Shown piece after piece: positions 9,189 to 19,915 of a DNA stretch of 64,000 nucleotides (the stretch's first letter is position 1; the number at the start of each line of letters is the position of its first letter). Origin of the DNA: Chlorobium sp. (GTDB lineage Bacteria; Bacteroidota; Chlorobiia; Chlorobiales; Chlorobiaceae); assembly GCA_005843805.1 (NCBI GenBank), contig SZXY01000155.1, forward strand, positions 20,717 to 84,716, in the 5' to 3' direction. The position numbers and the translations under genes are program-made. Under the pieces are notes generated by a model, which saw nothing but the letters and a program-made list of their open reading frames with translations, was not told the origin of the DNA and searched no databases.

Positions 9189-10354
9189 GACCCCAGACTC
9201 CTTCGGGCAAGTTCCGGCAGAGAGGCTATATCGTCCCACTGCAGGGTTGAGCGCAGCGAGATGCGGATGCGGGCACTCTTTTCAGGAACTGTAGGCGGTC
9301 GAACCGGCAGACAAAGAAACCCTGCCTCCCTGAGCCGTGCAGCCAGAGAGACGGCGAGAGCGTTGCTGCCAGTGATGACCGGTACAATATGGCTTGCACC
9401 TGGAACATCAAGACCCAACCCCTGCAGTTCTGAACGAAGCCTGGAGGAAAGCTGCAAGAGCGCCTGACGCTCGAGAGTCATGGAAAACTGCCGATCGAGG
9501 GTTAACAGGCTCCAGCCAAGAACAACCGGTGGCAGGGCTGTGGTAAAAATAAATGACCGCATGGTATTGACAAGGTACTCCCTGAAGAGAGTATTCATCA
9601 CGGCATAAGCCCCTGTCGAGGCAAGCGCCTTGCCGAACGTGCCTGTTATGATATCGATATCCTGAACGACCCCTGCCACTTCGCACAAGCCGAGACCACG
9701 CTCTCCAAAAACCCCGACACCATGCGCTTCATCGACAACAAGAAAAGCTCCATACTTTTTTTTCAGCTCAACCAGCCGGCGAAGATCGGCCAGATCACCA
9801 TCCATGCTGAATACCGATTCTGTCACGATAAATATCTGGCGGTAACGCTCACTGGCTGCGGCAAGCAGCTCTTCAAGATGATCGTAGTCGGCATGACGGA
9901 AGCGCTGATAAGGAGCTGCGGCAATCTTCATGCCGTCAATAATACTTGCATGGTTGAGCCGGTCACTGAGCACAAGATCATGACGCGTGCAAAGTGCCGG
10001 AAGGATGCCGATGTTGGCATGGTAACCGCTGTTGAACACAAGCGCAGCTTCACGTCCGTAAAGTTTTGCAAGAGCCTCTTCCAACTGCTCGTAAAGCGGG
10101 GTATTACCGGTCAGAAGACGGGATGAAGAGCTGGTCATGGCATAAGCACTATGCCGTAATTGTTCATAGTAGCCGGCAAGCATCTCTCTGTGGTCGCCAA
10201 GGCCGAGATAATCATTTGAAGAGAGGTTCAGAAGAGGCTGGCCGCTGACCGTAATATTTTTTCCATTGCGGGCAGTGATATCCGGCACTACCCTGTAGAG
10301 ATCACGGCGTGCAAGATCATCGAGCTCACTCTGAATCCTGTCATGAAACTGCAT
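9185..10354 (-). CDS. bioF: 8-amino-7-oxononanoate synthase
   Basis: NLSSNDYLGL, SSRLLTG, FNSGYHAN, DRLNHASIIDG, ESVFSMDGD, DEAHGVG and TFGKA motifs. Confidence 0.96.
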   Translation of the reverse strand: MQFHDRIQSELDDLARRDLYRVVPDITARNGKNITVSGQPLLNLSSNDYLGLGDHREMLAGYYEQLRHSAYAMTSSSSRLLTGNTPLYEQLEEALAKLYGREAALVFNSGYHANIGILPALCTRHDLVLSDRLNHASIIDGMKIAAAPYQRFRHADYDHLEELLAAASERYRQIFIVTESVFSMDGDLADLRRLVELKKKYGAFLVVDEAHGVGVFGERGLGLCEVAGVVQDIDIITGTFGKALASTGAYAVMNTLFREYLVNTMRSFIFTTALPPVVLGWSLLTLDRQFSMTLERQALLQLSSRLRSELQGLGLDVPGASHIVPVITGSNALAVSLAARLREAGFLCLPVRPPTVPEKSARIRISLRSTLQWDDIASLPELARRSLGS

Positions 10355-10367
10355 TACACCTGCTCCC

Positions 10368-11372
10368 TCAGTTAAAACTTGCAATCTGGCTTGCAAACCT
10401 GCGGTCATCGGCAATATCCCTTCCCCGTGTTGTCAAATAACCACCGGTCAGATAACCGTTTGCACCCGAAAGCATCAAAAGTCCCTGAAAATCTTTCATG
10501 ATCGTCTCCCTGCCGGCAGCAAACTTGATGATTTTGGTGGGATGCACCAGACGGCAGATGGCGAAGGTTTTGACAATATCGGCAACAGAAACAGGTTCTT
10601 TTCCCGCAAGCGGTGTTCCGTCGATCGGCACCAGTACATTGAGTGGAATTACCGAAACATCGAGTTCCTGAAGCGCAAAAATCATGGCAATGCGCTCCTG
10701 CATGCTCTCACCCACGCCCATAATGCCTCCGCAGCAGACTGATATGTTGTTCTTTCTCAACAGCCTGATCGTTTCGATCCGTTCTTCGACACCGTGGGTA
10801 TCGGCAATGAGTTCATGGTATCGAGCTGGATCAACCTGGATGTTGATATTGTAATGGGCGATGCCATGCGCCGCGAGAGCTGCTGCAGGCTCCTGGCCGA
10901 GAATACCCAGCGATGCACAGATGTGCAGGTCAGGCAACTCCTTATGCAGACGGTCGATCATATCGAGTATCCGCTGAAACTCCCCATTTATCTTTTTATA
11001 GCCATATCCGCTGGTCACGATGCCGAAATGTGAAACCCCTTCGGCAAAGCAGTTGCGCGCCTCAATAAGCGCTGACTCTTCATCGACAAGATCATAAACC
11101 TCGATATCGGCATGATTATGGCGGGACTGGGCGCAAAAACGGCAGTTTTCTCCACAGACACCCGATTTGGCATTCATGATTGAGCAGGCATGGAGCGACT
11201 CCGCGTCACTTCCGTAACGGTTTTTCACCTTGTTGGCCAGTGCGGCAAGATCAAGGGCAAGCTCACCCGGAAGGTCGGCAAGCAGAAGAGCTTCGCTGCG
11301 ACTTATCGGTTCACCGGTTTCAAGGACACGGTATGCATCAGCAATATAAGGATGTAGCGTATTTGGTGCCAT
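10368..11372 (-). CDS. bioB: Biotin synthase
   Basis: Radical [24 protein letters not shown] and YLTTRG motifs. Confidence 0.96.
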   Translation of the reverse strand: MAPNTLHPYIADAYRVLETGEPISRSEALLLADLPGELALDLAALANKVKNRYGSDAESLHACSIMNAKSGVCGENCRFCAQSRHNHADIEVYDLVDEESALIEARNCFAEGVSHFGIVTSGYGYKKINGEFQRILDMIDRLHKELPDLHICASLGILGQEPAAALAAHGIAHYNINIQVDPARYHELIADTHGVEERIETIRLLRKNNISVCCGGIMGVGESMQERIAMIFALQELDVSVIPLNVLVPIDGTPLAGKEPVSVADIVKTFAICRLVHPTKIIKFAAGRETIMKDFQGLLMLSGANGYLTGGYLTTRGRDIADDRRFASQIASFN

Positions 11373-11390
11373 AAAAAATAAAGGGTTACG

Positions 11391-12377
11391 TTATGATATT
11401 TCTTTTCTCAAATGAGCCTCTCCCGACGATAAAAGAAGGGTTTGACCATCCTCACCCTCAAGCATCAGCTCCCCACACCGGGATATGCCTGAAACCCTTC
11501 CAGAGAGAGTTCGGTTAAGCTGATCGACAGTAACCTGCCGGGAGTGAAGAAGAGAGTGCTTTTCAAGGTAGGGCAGCACAAAACCGAGATCCTCCTCCAA
11601 CAGCCAGGCATCGTAGAGTGGTTCGAACTGGTTGAGAACAAAGGCAAGAAGTGCTGGTCTTGAAATCAGTTGCCCGGTCTCAAGAAAAAGCGAGGTTGCA
11701 ATATCCTGCAACTCGCAGGAGAGTTCAGGCTGGTTGACATTGATACCAATGCCGATCACGACGAAATGAGTAACATCAGGTTCAGAGAACATTTCACACA
11801 GAACTCCGCACAATTTTTTCCCATTTGAAAGAATGTCGTTCGGCCACTTGATCTTCGCCACAAGCTCGGGAGCCAAACGGCTCAATGCCTGGTGAATAGC
11901 TACAGCCACAAGCAGCGCAAGCTGGGGGACACGAATCGAAGGCACACCCGGACGAAGAATCAGTGAAAAATAAAGATTCATTCCTGGAGGGGAGATCCAG
12001 TGCCGCCCCCTTGTACCTCGTCCACCTGTCTGGGAATCAGCAACGACCACGCTCCCTTCCGGGGCACCATTGCTGGCAAGGGCTTTGGCCAGAAGATTGG
12101 TCGACTCGGTAACCGGATGATAGAAAAAGCGTCTTCCGAAGCGCTGTGCGGTCAGAAACGGTATGACCTCAGCCTCTACAGCTCTTCCGGTCAGACCCGA
12201 CAAGTGGTAGCCCCTTCCTGTTATGGCATCAACATGATAACCCTCGCTGCGCAACCGACGAATGTGTTTCCATACGGCACTTCTGGTAATACCAAATTCA
12301 CGGCAAAGCTCTTCGCCCGACAAAAAATCACCGGCTTGCCTCAGGCGGTTGAGAATCAGTGAGGTTACATCATTCAT
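11391..12377 (-). CDS. birA: Bifunctional biotin operon repressor / biotin--ACC ligase (class II, N-terminal wHTH)
   Basis: wHTH SGEELCREFGITRSAVWKHI; STN, QTGGRG, KWPND, KKLCGVL, GIGIN. Start at 12377. Confidence 0.95.
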   Translation of the reverse strand: MNDVTSLILNRLRQAGDFLSGEELCREFGITRSAVWKHIRRLRSEGYHVDAITGRGYHLSGLTGRAVEAEVIPFLTAQRFGRRFFYHPVTESTNLLAKALASNGAPEGSVVVADSQTGGRGTRGRHWISPPGMNLYFSLILRPGVPSIRVPQLALLVAVAIHQALSRLAPELVAKIKWPNDILSNGKKLCGVLCEMFSEPDVTHFVVIGIGINVNQPELSCELQDIATSLFLETGQLISRPALLAFVLNQFEPLYDAWLLEEDLGFVLPYLEKHSLLHSRQVTVDQLNRTLSGRVSGISRCGELMLEGEDGQTLLLSSGEAHLRKEIS

Positions 12378-12423
12378 TGCACAGGAAAGCGGGTAATCTG
12401 AAAAAAAGTCGTTATCTGCTCTT

Positions 12424-12467
12424 AAAGTTGTCAACCTGAATGTAATTCACGGTTGACAACTTTGCAA
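12424..12467 (-). promoter_or_regulatory. BirA operator overlapping a sigma70-like promoter of the bio operon
   Basis: Perfect 13-bp arms AAAGTTGTCAACC (12424-12436) / GGTTGACAACTTT (12451-12463), i.e. TGTCAAC-N16-GTTGACA, matching the BirA box wwTGTtAAC-N14-16-GTTaACAww. Minus-strand TTGCAA-N17-TACATT at 12467..12439. Confidence 0.9.
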
Positions 12468-12529
12468 GAGAAGAAAGCAGGCTCACAACCCGAATCGTGA
12501 ACAGCTCTACTCATGAGGTTTCAAGAACC

Positions 12530-14257
12530 TTACTGTCCCATTGCAGACATACTTGAGGTTTCGTAATTCTTGCGATAAACCTGCAAGCCCTGAAAAATAC
12601 CCCATGCGATTTTGGTCTGAGCCTGCCGATCCCGCAGAATTTTCTCTTCCTCGGGATTGGAGAGATAACCCACTTCGACAAGAGCACTTGGCATGGATGG
12701 TGTCCATAAAACCATAAAGCCCGCCTGGCGAACGGTGCGGGAGTTGCTGCCCGGCTTGCGCTCAACTGGCCTCAGAATATCCTGGGCAAGAGTGGTGGAT
12801 TGCTTGGCAAAAGCATTCTGGGCCATGGTGCTCATGATGAGATGTTCCTCAGAAAACCCCTTGTACTGCTGCTGATAGTCCTCTTCCTTGCGAATGACCG
12901 AATTTTCAAACATCGCGACATCAAGGGCTTGCCGGGTTTTATGTAACCCGAGAATATAAACTTCGGAACCATGAGCACTCTTGTTCGGACTTGCATTGCA
13001 ATGCAGACTGACAAAAAGCTTTCCCCCATTGCGGTTCGCTATTTTACCGCGTTCATAAAGAGGAATGAAGCTGTCATCTTTTCTGGTATAAATCACATGC
13101 ACATCCGGCCATCTCTGTTCAATAAAGGTTCCGAGATCATGCACAATGTTCAGAACAACATCTTTTTCATTGGTACCATTTCCGCCGATGGCTCCGGGAT
13201 CCTTTCCGCCATGACCAGCATCAAGCACAATGGTATTTAGCTTCCACTTTTCAACATCCCGGCTGATAACCTGTGCGATCTTTTCCTCCTTTTCCTTTCT
13301 GCGAATCTCCTGCACATCGGCATTGCTGCGAACATAGAGCACATAACGGTTGTTTTTTGCGTCGCGCTGAAACTCTACTGAATTGATGACAAAGGCCCGA
13401 TTATCAAGCGTTACAGTAAACTGCACTCCTCCTCCGGCAAATTGTCTGGGAGTAATTTCCCTGACAAGACCGTCACGATATATTCTGGATAATGCGTTGA
13501 CATCACAGGATGCTTTTTCAAGTGAAAAATAGGCATTTCCTTCGGAATCTGGTTTGAGAAGTGCTGCTTCGGCAGGAACTCCTGAAGCCAAAAAGCTTAT
13601 GATTGCTCCGTTGGCCCGATTTTCAACCTCGACACCGGTAATCACCGTTGCGGAAGCTTCAGCAGACTGGATGCCGGGTGCTGAAACACGATGCTCGTCG
13701 TTTCTGACAACTCCGATGGTCACGGCAGATGCTCCTGCAGGTTTTCCCCGGAGCCCGACGCTTATCCTGCCGGACGACGAGCTGTAAACGATATCCCGGT
13801 CAAGCCATACGGCATAAAGCCTGCAAGCCTGTGTAACCGGAAGATAAAGCCTTGATTGAATGAGAGATGGAGGCGATTGCAGTTGAATCACCCTTTTGGG
13901 AAGTTCAGTATCCCTTGAAACAATTCGCACAAAATTATTTCCGTTAATGAGCGTACAGAGAGAGCCGGGAATTCCCCTCGAATCTTCTAAAACAAGTACC
14001 CCCTGATCCTGGCGAAAGCTCAGACGCAAAGCTCTTGCCATGGATTCAAGATCAATCATGGTAGTATTACCAGCTCTCAGGGCAAGAACCTTTATGGTAT
14101 AACCCTGGTCATTTCCCGTGGCAACAAAACACTGAACAGAACTCTTGCCTTGTTGCAGGGAAGTGGCTGCTGACAAAGTTGAAAAGGAAAGCATCGAGAG
14201 AATAATCAGCATCGGGCAAGCCAAACGAAAGCGGATGCGAAACAAAGTGTGGAGCAT
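12530..14257 (-). CDS. N-acetylmuramoyl-L-alanine amidase (Amidase_3) with long N-terminal region and signal peptide
   Basis: IVLDAGHGGKDPGA, EKDVVL, FVSLHCNA and PSALVEVGYLSN motifs. Start uncertain (14257 or 14272). Confidence 0.9.
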   Translation of the reverse strand: MLHTLFRIRFRLACPMLIILSMLSFSTLSAATSLQQGKSSVQCFVATGNDQGYTIKVLALRAGNTTMIDLESMARALRLSFRQDQGVLVLEDSRGIPGSLCTLINGNNFVRIVSRDTELPKRVIQLQSPPSLIQSRLYLPVTQACRLYAVWLDRDIVYSSSSGRISVGLRGKPAGASAVTIGVVRNDEHRVSAPGIQSAEASATVITGVEVENRANGAIISFLASGVPAEAALLKPDSEGNAYFSLEKASCDVNALSRIYRDGLVREITPRQFAGGGVQFTVTLDNRAFVINSVEFQRDAKNNRYVLYVRSNADVQEIRRKEKEEKIAQVISRDVEKWKLNTIVLDAGHGGKDPGAIGGNGTNEKDVVLNIVHDLGTFIEQRWPDVHVIYTRKDDSFIPLYERGKIANRNGGKLFVSLHCNASPNKSAHGSEVYILGLHKTRQALDVAMFENSVIRKEEDYQQQYKGFSEEHLIMSTMAQNAFAKQSTTLAQDILRPVERKPGSNSRTVRQAGFMVLWTPSMPSALVEVGYLSNPEEEKILRDRQAQTKIAWGIFQGLQVYRKNYETSSMSAMGQ

Positions 14258-14488
14258 GATTGGCAAATACATTATGTTTCCCTGAAAAGGAAGGGCTGAG
14301 CAATAATAATAAATATATTTTCTCTTGCACTCCCTGCAATAGCGCTTTTTATAACAGGAAAGGAACCCTTTCTGCCCTTCCTGACAGAAATTGTATGGTA
14401 CGAACAAATGGTAAAATTTGTTTTTTGCTCTTCAACACCTATCTTTTTCAAAATTTAATTGTAACGCTCTTACCACCGGGACTGATCC

Positions 14489-16885
14489 ATGGCTTCAAAA
14501 CCATCAACACCATCTGCCAGAAACAGGACCCTGATTGTAGTCGAATCCCCCTCCAAGGCAAAAACAATCAATAAATATCTCGGGGACAAGTATACTGTTT
14601 TCGCTTCGATAGGCCATATCAAGGATCTGCCGAAAAAAGAGATCGGCCTTGATTTCGATCATCATTACGAGCCCAGGTATGAAATCATTGCGGGGAAGGA
14701 AAAAGTTGTCAAGCAGTTAAAAAAACTGGCCGCAGAAGCAGACGAGATTCTCATTGCCACTGACCCTGACCGTGAAGGTGAGGCCATTGCATGGCATATC
14801 TCCAACGAAATCGGAGAAACAAAAAAACCGGTATTTCGGGTACTTTTCAATGAAATTACCAAAAATGCCATTCTTGCGGCCATACAGGAACCACGACAAA
14901 TCGACTACCGCCTTGTCCGATCCCAGCAAACCCGTCAGGGACTTGACAAGATAGTCGGATACAAGATAAGCCCCTTTTTATGGAATGTGGTACTGCGCGG
15001 CCTCTCAGCCGGAAGGGTGCAGTCTGTCGCCCTGCGGTTGATCTGTGAACGTGAAGCAGAGATAAACCGTTTTCAAATCCAGGAATACTGGAGCATTGCT
15101 GCGGATTTTGTAACTCCCGGCAAAGAGTCGTTCAGGGCAAAACTTGTACGATTCGAAGGCGACAAGCCGGAAATATCCAACCAGGATCAAGCTGAAAGCG
15201 TTGCTGCTCTCGTCAAAAGCGGCAAGTATGCCGTTCGGGAGATCGCTCCCCGAATGCAGCAGCGAAAACCCCCCTTTCCATTTACGACATCGCTCCTCCA
15301 GCAGGCTGCTTCAAACCAGCTTGGCTTCGGATCGCAGAAAACCATGCGCGTGGCCCAGCAGCTCTACGAGGGCATTGACCTTGGTACAGAGGGTGCTGCA
15401 GGCCTCATCACCTATATGAGAACCGATTCGACACGTATCGGCTCGGAAGCTGTCGCTCAGGCAAGAGAGTATATCGACCGGCAGTTCGGCAAGGAGTATA
15501 TCGGTTTCGGCGGTGCGGCAAAGGCTGGCAAAAACTCCCAGGATGCGCACGAGGCAATACGCCCCACCTCGATTACCAGGAAACCCGAACAACTGAAACA
15601 ATATCTTTCAGCCGATCAGTTTAAATTGTACGAACTGATCTGGAAACGTTTTCTTGCTGCGATGATGGCTCCCGCCAAAATCGAACAGACTCGGGTCGAT
15701 GTGGAAGACAGCAGTGCAAAATTCCTTTTCCGGGCAACCGGCACAAGGATTATGTTTCCTGGATTCATGCGCGTTTATGACGACCAGAAAGAGCTTGATT
15801 ACGAAGCACAAACCTCTACCAGGGAAGATGTTGAAAAAGAGGCGCCCGTCAAGCTGCCTGAGCGGATTGAAGTAAACGACCCCCTGCTGCTCGACGAAAT
15901 TGACCAGAAACAAAGCTTTACGCGACCGCCCGCTCGATACAGTGAAGCCACTCTTGTCAAGGATCTTGACCATTTCGGAATAGGACGGCCATCAACCTAC
16001 GCCTCTATTTTTTCGACCCTTCAGGATCGACGCTATGTGGAACTCGAGAAAAAAAAGATAATTCCCAATGAACTCGGAAAGGATGTCTCGCTGATTCTGG
16101 TTGCAAATTTTCCCGAACTCTTCGATGTTGGCTTTACCGCCTTCATGGAAGATGAACTCGACAAGGTGGCAAGCGGAGACGACGAGTACGAAAAGGTACT
16201 CGACAACTTCTACAAACCACTCGAACGAGTGCTGAGCCTGCGCAAAAGCGATCCGATAATACCGCAGAACAGTGAAACCCATACCTGTGAAAAATGCGGA
16301 GAGGGACAGATGATTGTCAAATGGACCGCCAGCGGCAAATTTCTCGGCTGTTCACGCTACCCGAAGTGCAAAAACATCAAGGCAATCAGTACAAACAAGG
16401 AAAAGCCAAAAGATACCGCCGTACTCTGTCCCTCATGCAAGGAAGGACACATGCTTTTGCGCAAGGGCCGACTGGGAGCATTTCTTGCCTGTTCCAACTA
16501 TCCGAAATGCAATACACTGCTCAATATCAACAAGCAGCGACACATTGAACCGATGAAAACCCCGCCGGTGCTGACCAACCTTGCATGCCCGAAATGCGGA
16601 TCCCCTCTCTATCTCAGAAGCGGAAAAAGGGGACTGTGGCTTGGCTGCTCCAAATTTCCGAAGTGCAGGGGAAGGCTTGCCTGGAGCACTCTCGAAGAGA
16701 GCGCCCACCACCACTGGGAAGCAGTCATGGCCGAGCACATGAAAGCTCATCCGCCAGTAATGCTTGTGATGACTGACGGCAATCCAGTACCCATGACCAT
16801 TCCTGTAGACGATATCATTCTGAGAGCAGAAGAGTCAGGGCTGATATCTGCGGTTGTTGAAGAAACCGCAACCGTCACGCAATAA
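14489..16885 (+). CDS. topA: DNA topoisomerase I with three C4 zinc ribbons
   Basis: IVVESPSKAKTI, ATDPDREGEAI, SAGRVQS, LITYMRTDS (catalytic Tyr) and GIGRPSTY; three CxxC...CSxYPxC repeats. Confidence 0.98.
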   Translation: MASKPSTPSARNRTLIVVESPSKAKTINKYLGDKYTVFASIGHIKDLPKKEIGLDFDHHYEPRYEIIAGKEKVVKQLKKLAAEADEILIATDPDREGEAIAWHISNEIGETKKPVFRVLFNEITKNAILAAIQEPRQIDYRLVRSQQTRQGLDKIVGYKISPFLWNVVLRGLSAGRVQSVALRLICEREAEINRFQIQEYWSIAADFVTPGKESFRAKLVRFEGDKPEISNQDQAESVAALVKSGKYAVREIAPRMQQRKPPFPFTTSLLQQAASNQLGFGSQKTMRVAQQLYEGIDLGTEGAAGLITYMRTDSTRIGSEAVAQAREYIDRQFGKEYIGFGGAAKAGKNSQDAHEAIRPTSITRKPEQLKQYLSADQFKLYELIWKRFLAAMMAPAKIEQTRVDVEDSSAKFLFRATGTRIMFPGFMRVYDDQKELDYEAQTSTREDVEKEAPVKLPERIEVNDPLLLDEIDQKQSFTRPPARYSEATLVKDLDHFGIGRPSTYASIFSTLQDRRYVELEKKKIIPNELGKDVSLILVANFPELFDVGFTAFMEDELDKVASGDDEYEKVLDNFYKPLERVLSLRKSDPIIPQNSETHTCEKCGEGQMIVKWTASGKFLGCSRYPKCKNIKAISTNKEKPKDTAVLCPSCKEGHMLLRKGRLGAFLACSNYPKCNTLLNINKQRHIEPMKTPPVLTNLACPKCGSPLYLRSGKRGLWLGCSKFPKCRGRLAWSTLEESAHHHWEAVMAEHMKAHPPVMLVMTDGNPVPMTIPVDDIILRAEESGLISAVVEETATVTQ

Positions 16886-19013
16886 GCAGGGCAATGCGAT
16901 AGACAATAAAAGAGAGTACCCAGGCCACAGAGAGGGAGTAGGCCGAATAGAGAATCACGGGGCGCCACTTCCCAACCTCTTTTTTCATCACTCCAATTGC
17001 CGCCACACAGGGCATATAGAGCAGAACAAAAACCATCAGACTGAGTGCTGTTGCCCGACTGAATGAAGGATCGTGACGAAGAATCGATTTCAGATCCATC
17101 GGCACTCCTTCGGTCTGCCCAAGCGAATAGATTGTTCCCATTGTGGAAACGACCACCTCTTTTGCCGCCAGTCCGGTTACAAGTGCAATACCGATCCTCC
17201 AGTCAAAACCCAGCGGCCTTATGAGTGGCTCAAGCACTTTACCCGCCCTTCCGGCAAGGGAGTACTCAAGCTGCCGAGACTTGATCTTCACCTCGACCGC
17301 TCTCCTCTGCTGATCTTTTTCAGAAGCGCTTATGCCGCTCTGCATGATAGCCGAGGTTTCTGCCAAACGTTGTGCATCGAGCACCGCATGACGGGGATAG
17401 TTGCTTGCCGCCCAGATAATGATGACCGCACTTAAAATAAGAGTGCCTGCTTTTTTGACATACATGAGCGCTTTGACCTTTGCCTGAAAGAGAACGGATG
17501 CAGGCGTAGGCCAGCGATAGGGCGGCAACTCCATGACAAATGGCTCGGAATCTGTTTTCAAAACTGTTGATTTCAGGAGCAATGCTGTCCAGAGTCCAAC
17601 TCCAATGCCGAGCAGATATATCCCGAACATGACATTAGCGGCCATATCAGGCGCAAAAAAAGCTCCGGTCAGCAGCACATAGACTGGCAGTTTGGCTCCG
17701 CAGCTCATGAAAGGAATAATCATGATTGTCGCCAGCCTGTCAGTAGGACTTTTCAGTGTACGTGTCGCCATGATGGCCGGAATGGAACAACCAAACCCCG
17801 TTATCATCGGTATGAACGATTTGCCATGAAGCCCGAAACGATGCATTACCCGATCAATGACAAAGGCTGCACGTGCCATGTATCCAGAGGCCTCAAGAAA
17901 AGAGAGCCCGATAAAAAGCAGAACAATATTGGGCAAGAAGACCAAAACACCACCTACCCCGGCCATTATGCCGTCAATAACAATAGAACGCAGAGTTTCA
18001 TTCGGCAGCAAAGGGCTGATGGTCGAGGTAATCAGGCCAAAAAGAAACTGAAGGCCACCCATAACGGGAGAACCAAGCGTAAAGGTCAGATGAAATATCG
18101 CCCAGACAACCAGCAAAAAAATCGGCAGACCAAGCACACGGTTGAGCACAACCATATCGATATAGTCTGTAACCGTCGCCTTTGCACCAACTGGCTGGCG
18201 TACACACTCTTTCATTGCTCCCCGGATAAAGGCATGGCGGTCCTCGGTAATGAGAACCTCCGGATCTGAATCGTGCATCCTCTCACACTCCCTGATCGCC
18301 TCCTGAAGAGCAAGCTCGACTTTTAACCAAACCGGAAACTGCTGAACTTCCTGATAAACCTCCCTGTCATTTTCAAGAAGCTTTATTGCAAGCCACCTGG
18401 AATTGAACCCCCCAAGCTCCTTCTGATGAGAGAGCAGCGCCGTAATCTTTTCAACCGAATCCTCAAGTCCCGGACGGAAAAAAAGCTTGTTTTTACGTAT
18501 TTCGATATCCTTGCGGGAAACCCTGATGATATGGTCAAGCAATGAATCGAGACCGGTTTTCTTTTTCGCAGAGGTCGGAACAATATGGCAGCCAAGAAGC
18601 TTCTGCAACTGCTTTATTTCTATGACAATACCCTTCTCCTGAACTTCATCCATCATGTTCAGCGCAACAAGAAAGTCAACCTCCAGTTCCATGAGCTGCG
18701 TTGTCAATAGCAGGTTCCTTTCGAGGTTTGAACCCTCAAGCACATTGACGACGACATCCGGGCGTTCCTTGATCAGATACTCTCTTGTGACAATCTCTTC
18801 CGGGGAGTATGGCGTCAGGGAATAGGTGCCGGGCAGATCTACAACCCTGATACGATAACCCTTGTAATCAAGATACCCTTCGTGCTTTTCAACAGTCACA
18901 CCGGGAAAATTCCCTACTTTCTGATGAGCACCAGTCAGAACATTGAAAAGCGATGACTTTCCGCAGTTCGGATTACCGGCAAGAGCAATATGAATCTCTT
19001 TTGTCTCACTCAT
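16875..19013 (-). CDS. feoB: Ferrous iron transport protein B
   Basis: GNPNCGKSSLFN, VGNFPGVTVE, DLPGTYSL, NMMD and GFGCSIPAIM; many TM segments. ATG 19013 overlaps the feoA stop. Confidence 0.97.
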   Translation of the reverse strand: MSETKEIHIALAGNPNCGKSSLFNVLTGAHQKVGNFPGVTVEKHEGYLDYKGYRIRVVDLPGTYSLTPYSPEEIVTREYLIKERPDVVVNVLEGSNLERNLLLTTQLMELEVDFLVALNMMDEVQEKGIVIEIKQLQKLLGCHIVPTSAKKKTGLDSLLDHIIRVSRKDIEIRKNKLFFRPGLEDSVEKITALLSHQKELGGFNSRWLAIKLLENDREVYQEVQQFPVWLKVELALQEAIRECERMHDSDPEVLITEDRHAFIRGAMKECVRQPVGAKATVTDYIDMVVLNRVLGLPIFLLVVWAIFHLTFTLGSPVMGGLQFLFGLITSTISPLLPNETLRSIVIDGIMAGVGGVLVFLPNIVLLFIGLSFLEASGYMARAAFVIDRVMHRFGLHGKSFIPMITGFGCSIPAIMATRTLKSPTDRLATIMIIPFMSCGAKLPVYVLLTGAFFAPDMAANVMFGIYLLGIGVGLWTALLLKSTVLKTDSEPFVMELPPYRWPTPASVLFQAKVKALMYVKKAGTLILSAVIIIWAASNYPRHAVLDAQRLAETSAIMQSGISASEKDQQRRAVEVKIKSRQLEYSLAGRAGKVLEPLIRPLGFDWRIGIALVTGLAAKEVVVSTMGTIYSLGQTEGVPMDLKSILRHDPSFSRATALSLMVFVLLYMPCVAAIGVMKKEVGKWRPVILYSAYSLSVAWVLSFIVYRIALLIA

Positions 19014-19303
19014 CCATTGCCTCCTAACCTCCACCCGGCTTTTTTACTGCCCGGCAAGGAAGCCACATCACTCTGCTCTCCAACTTTACGCACCAGAATT
19101 CCATCAGCCTCATTTTTTCTCATGGCGAGATAGAGCCCCTTGAAAAGAATTTCCATTGGATCACCAAGCGGAGCAACCCTGAGCACCTTGAATCTGGTAC
19201 CTTTTATAAGCCCCATATCCATAATCCTTCGACGAATTGCATTTTCCGCCTTGACGGCCATCACTTCAGCCTTGTCGCCAACCTTCAATTCCGATAACCG
19301 CAT
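19010..19303 (-). CDS. feoA: Ferrous iron transport protein A
   Basis: RRIMDMGLIKG...RVAPLGDP motif; adjacent to feoB. Confidence 0.92.
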   Translation of the reverse strand: MRLSELKVGDKAEVMAVKAENAIRRRIMDMGLIKGTRFKVLRVAPLGDPMEILFKGLYLAMRKNEADGILVRKVGEQSDVASLPGSKKAGWRLGGNG

Positions 19304-19438
19304 AAGCCACTCTCCCACTCAAAACGATAAAGTAAACCGGATAATTTATATCCAATATAACCAGAACAACCCACAAACAATTGCATCCATTATTATCCTT
19401 TGCGCTGAAACTGCCATAGCGCTGAACAACGAAACCAG

Positions 19439-19816
19439 TCAATGCTGTGTTGACAATCCTGGAAAGGGAGGCCATCCCATCTGCTGGCCGCCGATCAGAT
19501 GACCGTGGATATGAAACACACTTTGCAGGGCTTCCTTGCCAGTATTAAAAACCAGTCTGTAGCCCGACTGCCTGATACCAATCATTTCAGCCACCACTCC
19601 AGCCGCAAGAAGAATATGACCGGCGATCGCTTCGTCTTCCGGCGCCAGATCGTTCAATGAGGCGATATGCTTGAGCGGGATGATAAGCACATGCTGAGGC
19701 GTAACAGGAGTAATATCCCTGAATGCAATAACATGGTCGTTACGATAGATAATTGAAGCGGGAATCTCACCGCTCACAATCCGGCAAAACAAACAATCAG
19801 ATTTCTCTTGTGTCAT
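19439..19816 (-). CDS. HIT family (histidine triad nucleotide-binding) protein
   Basis: DCLFCRI, FRDITP...HVLIIP and HIHGH triad. Confidence 0.93.
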   Translation of the reverse strand: MTQEKSDCLFCRIVSGEIPASIIYRNDHVIAFRDITPVTPQHVLIIPLKHIASLNDLAPEDEAIAGHILLAAGVVAEMIGIRQSGYRLVFNTGKEALQSVFHIHGHLIGGQQMGWPPFPGLSTQH

Positions 19817-19915
19817 AGGCGTTTCTCTCCTGAAACTTGTTACTGAATTGATTCCAAATGTTATCCGTGTTCCATCCAGCTCCTCCCACGCAAACCCTCA
19901 AGAAGGGAAAAAAAA

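Noticed and set aside
19304-19438. Fur box upstream of feoA
   Set aside because: GATAA-containing AT-rich stretches are present, but there is no convincing 7-1-7 inverted repeat.
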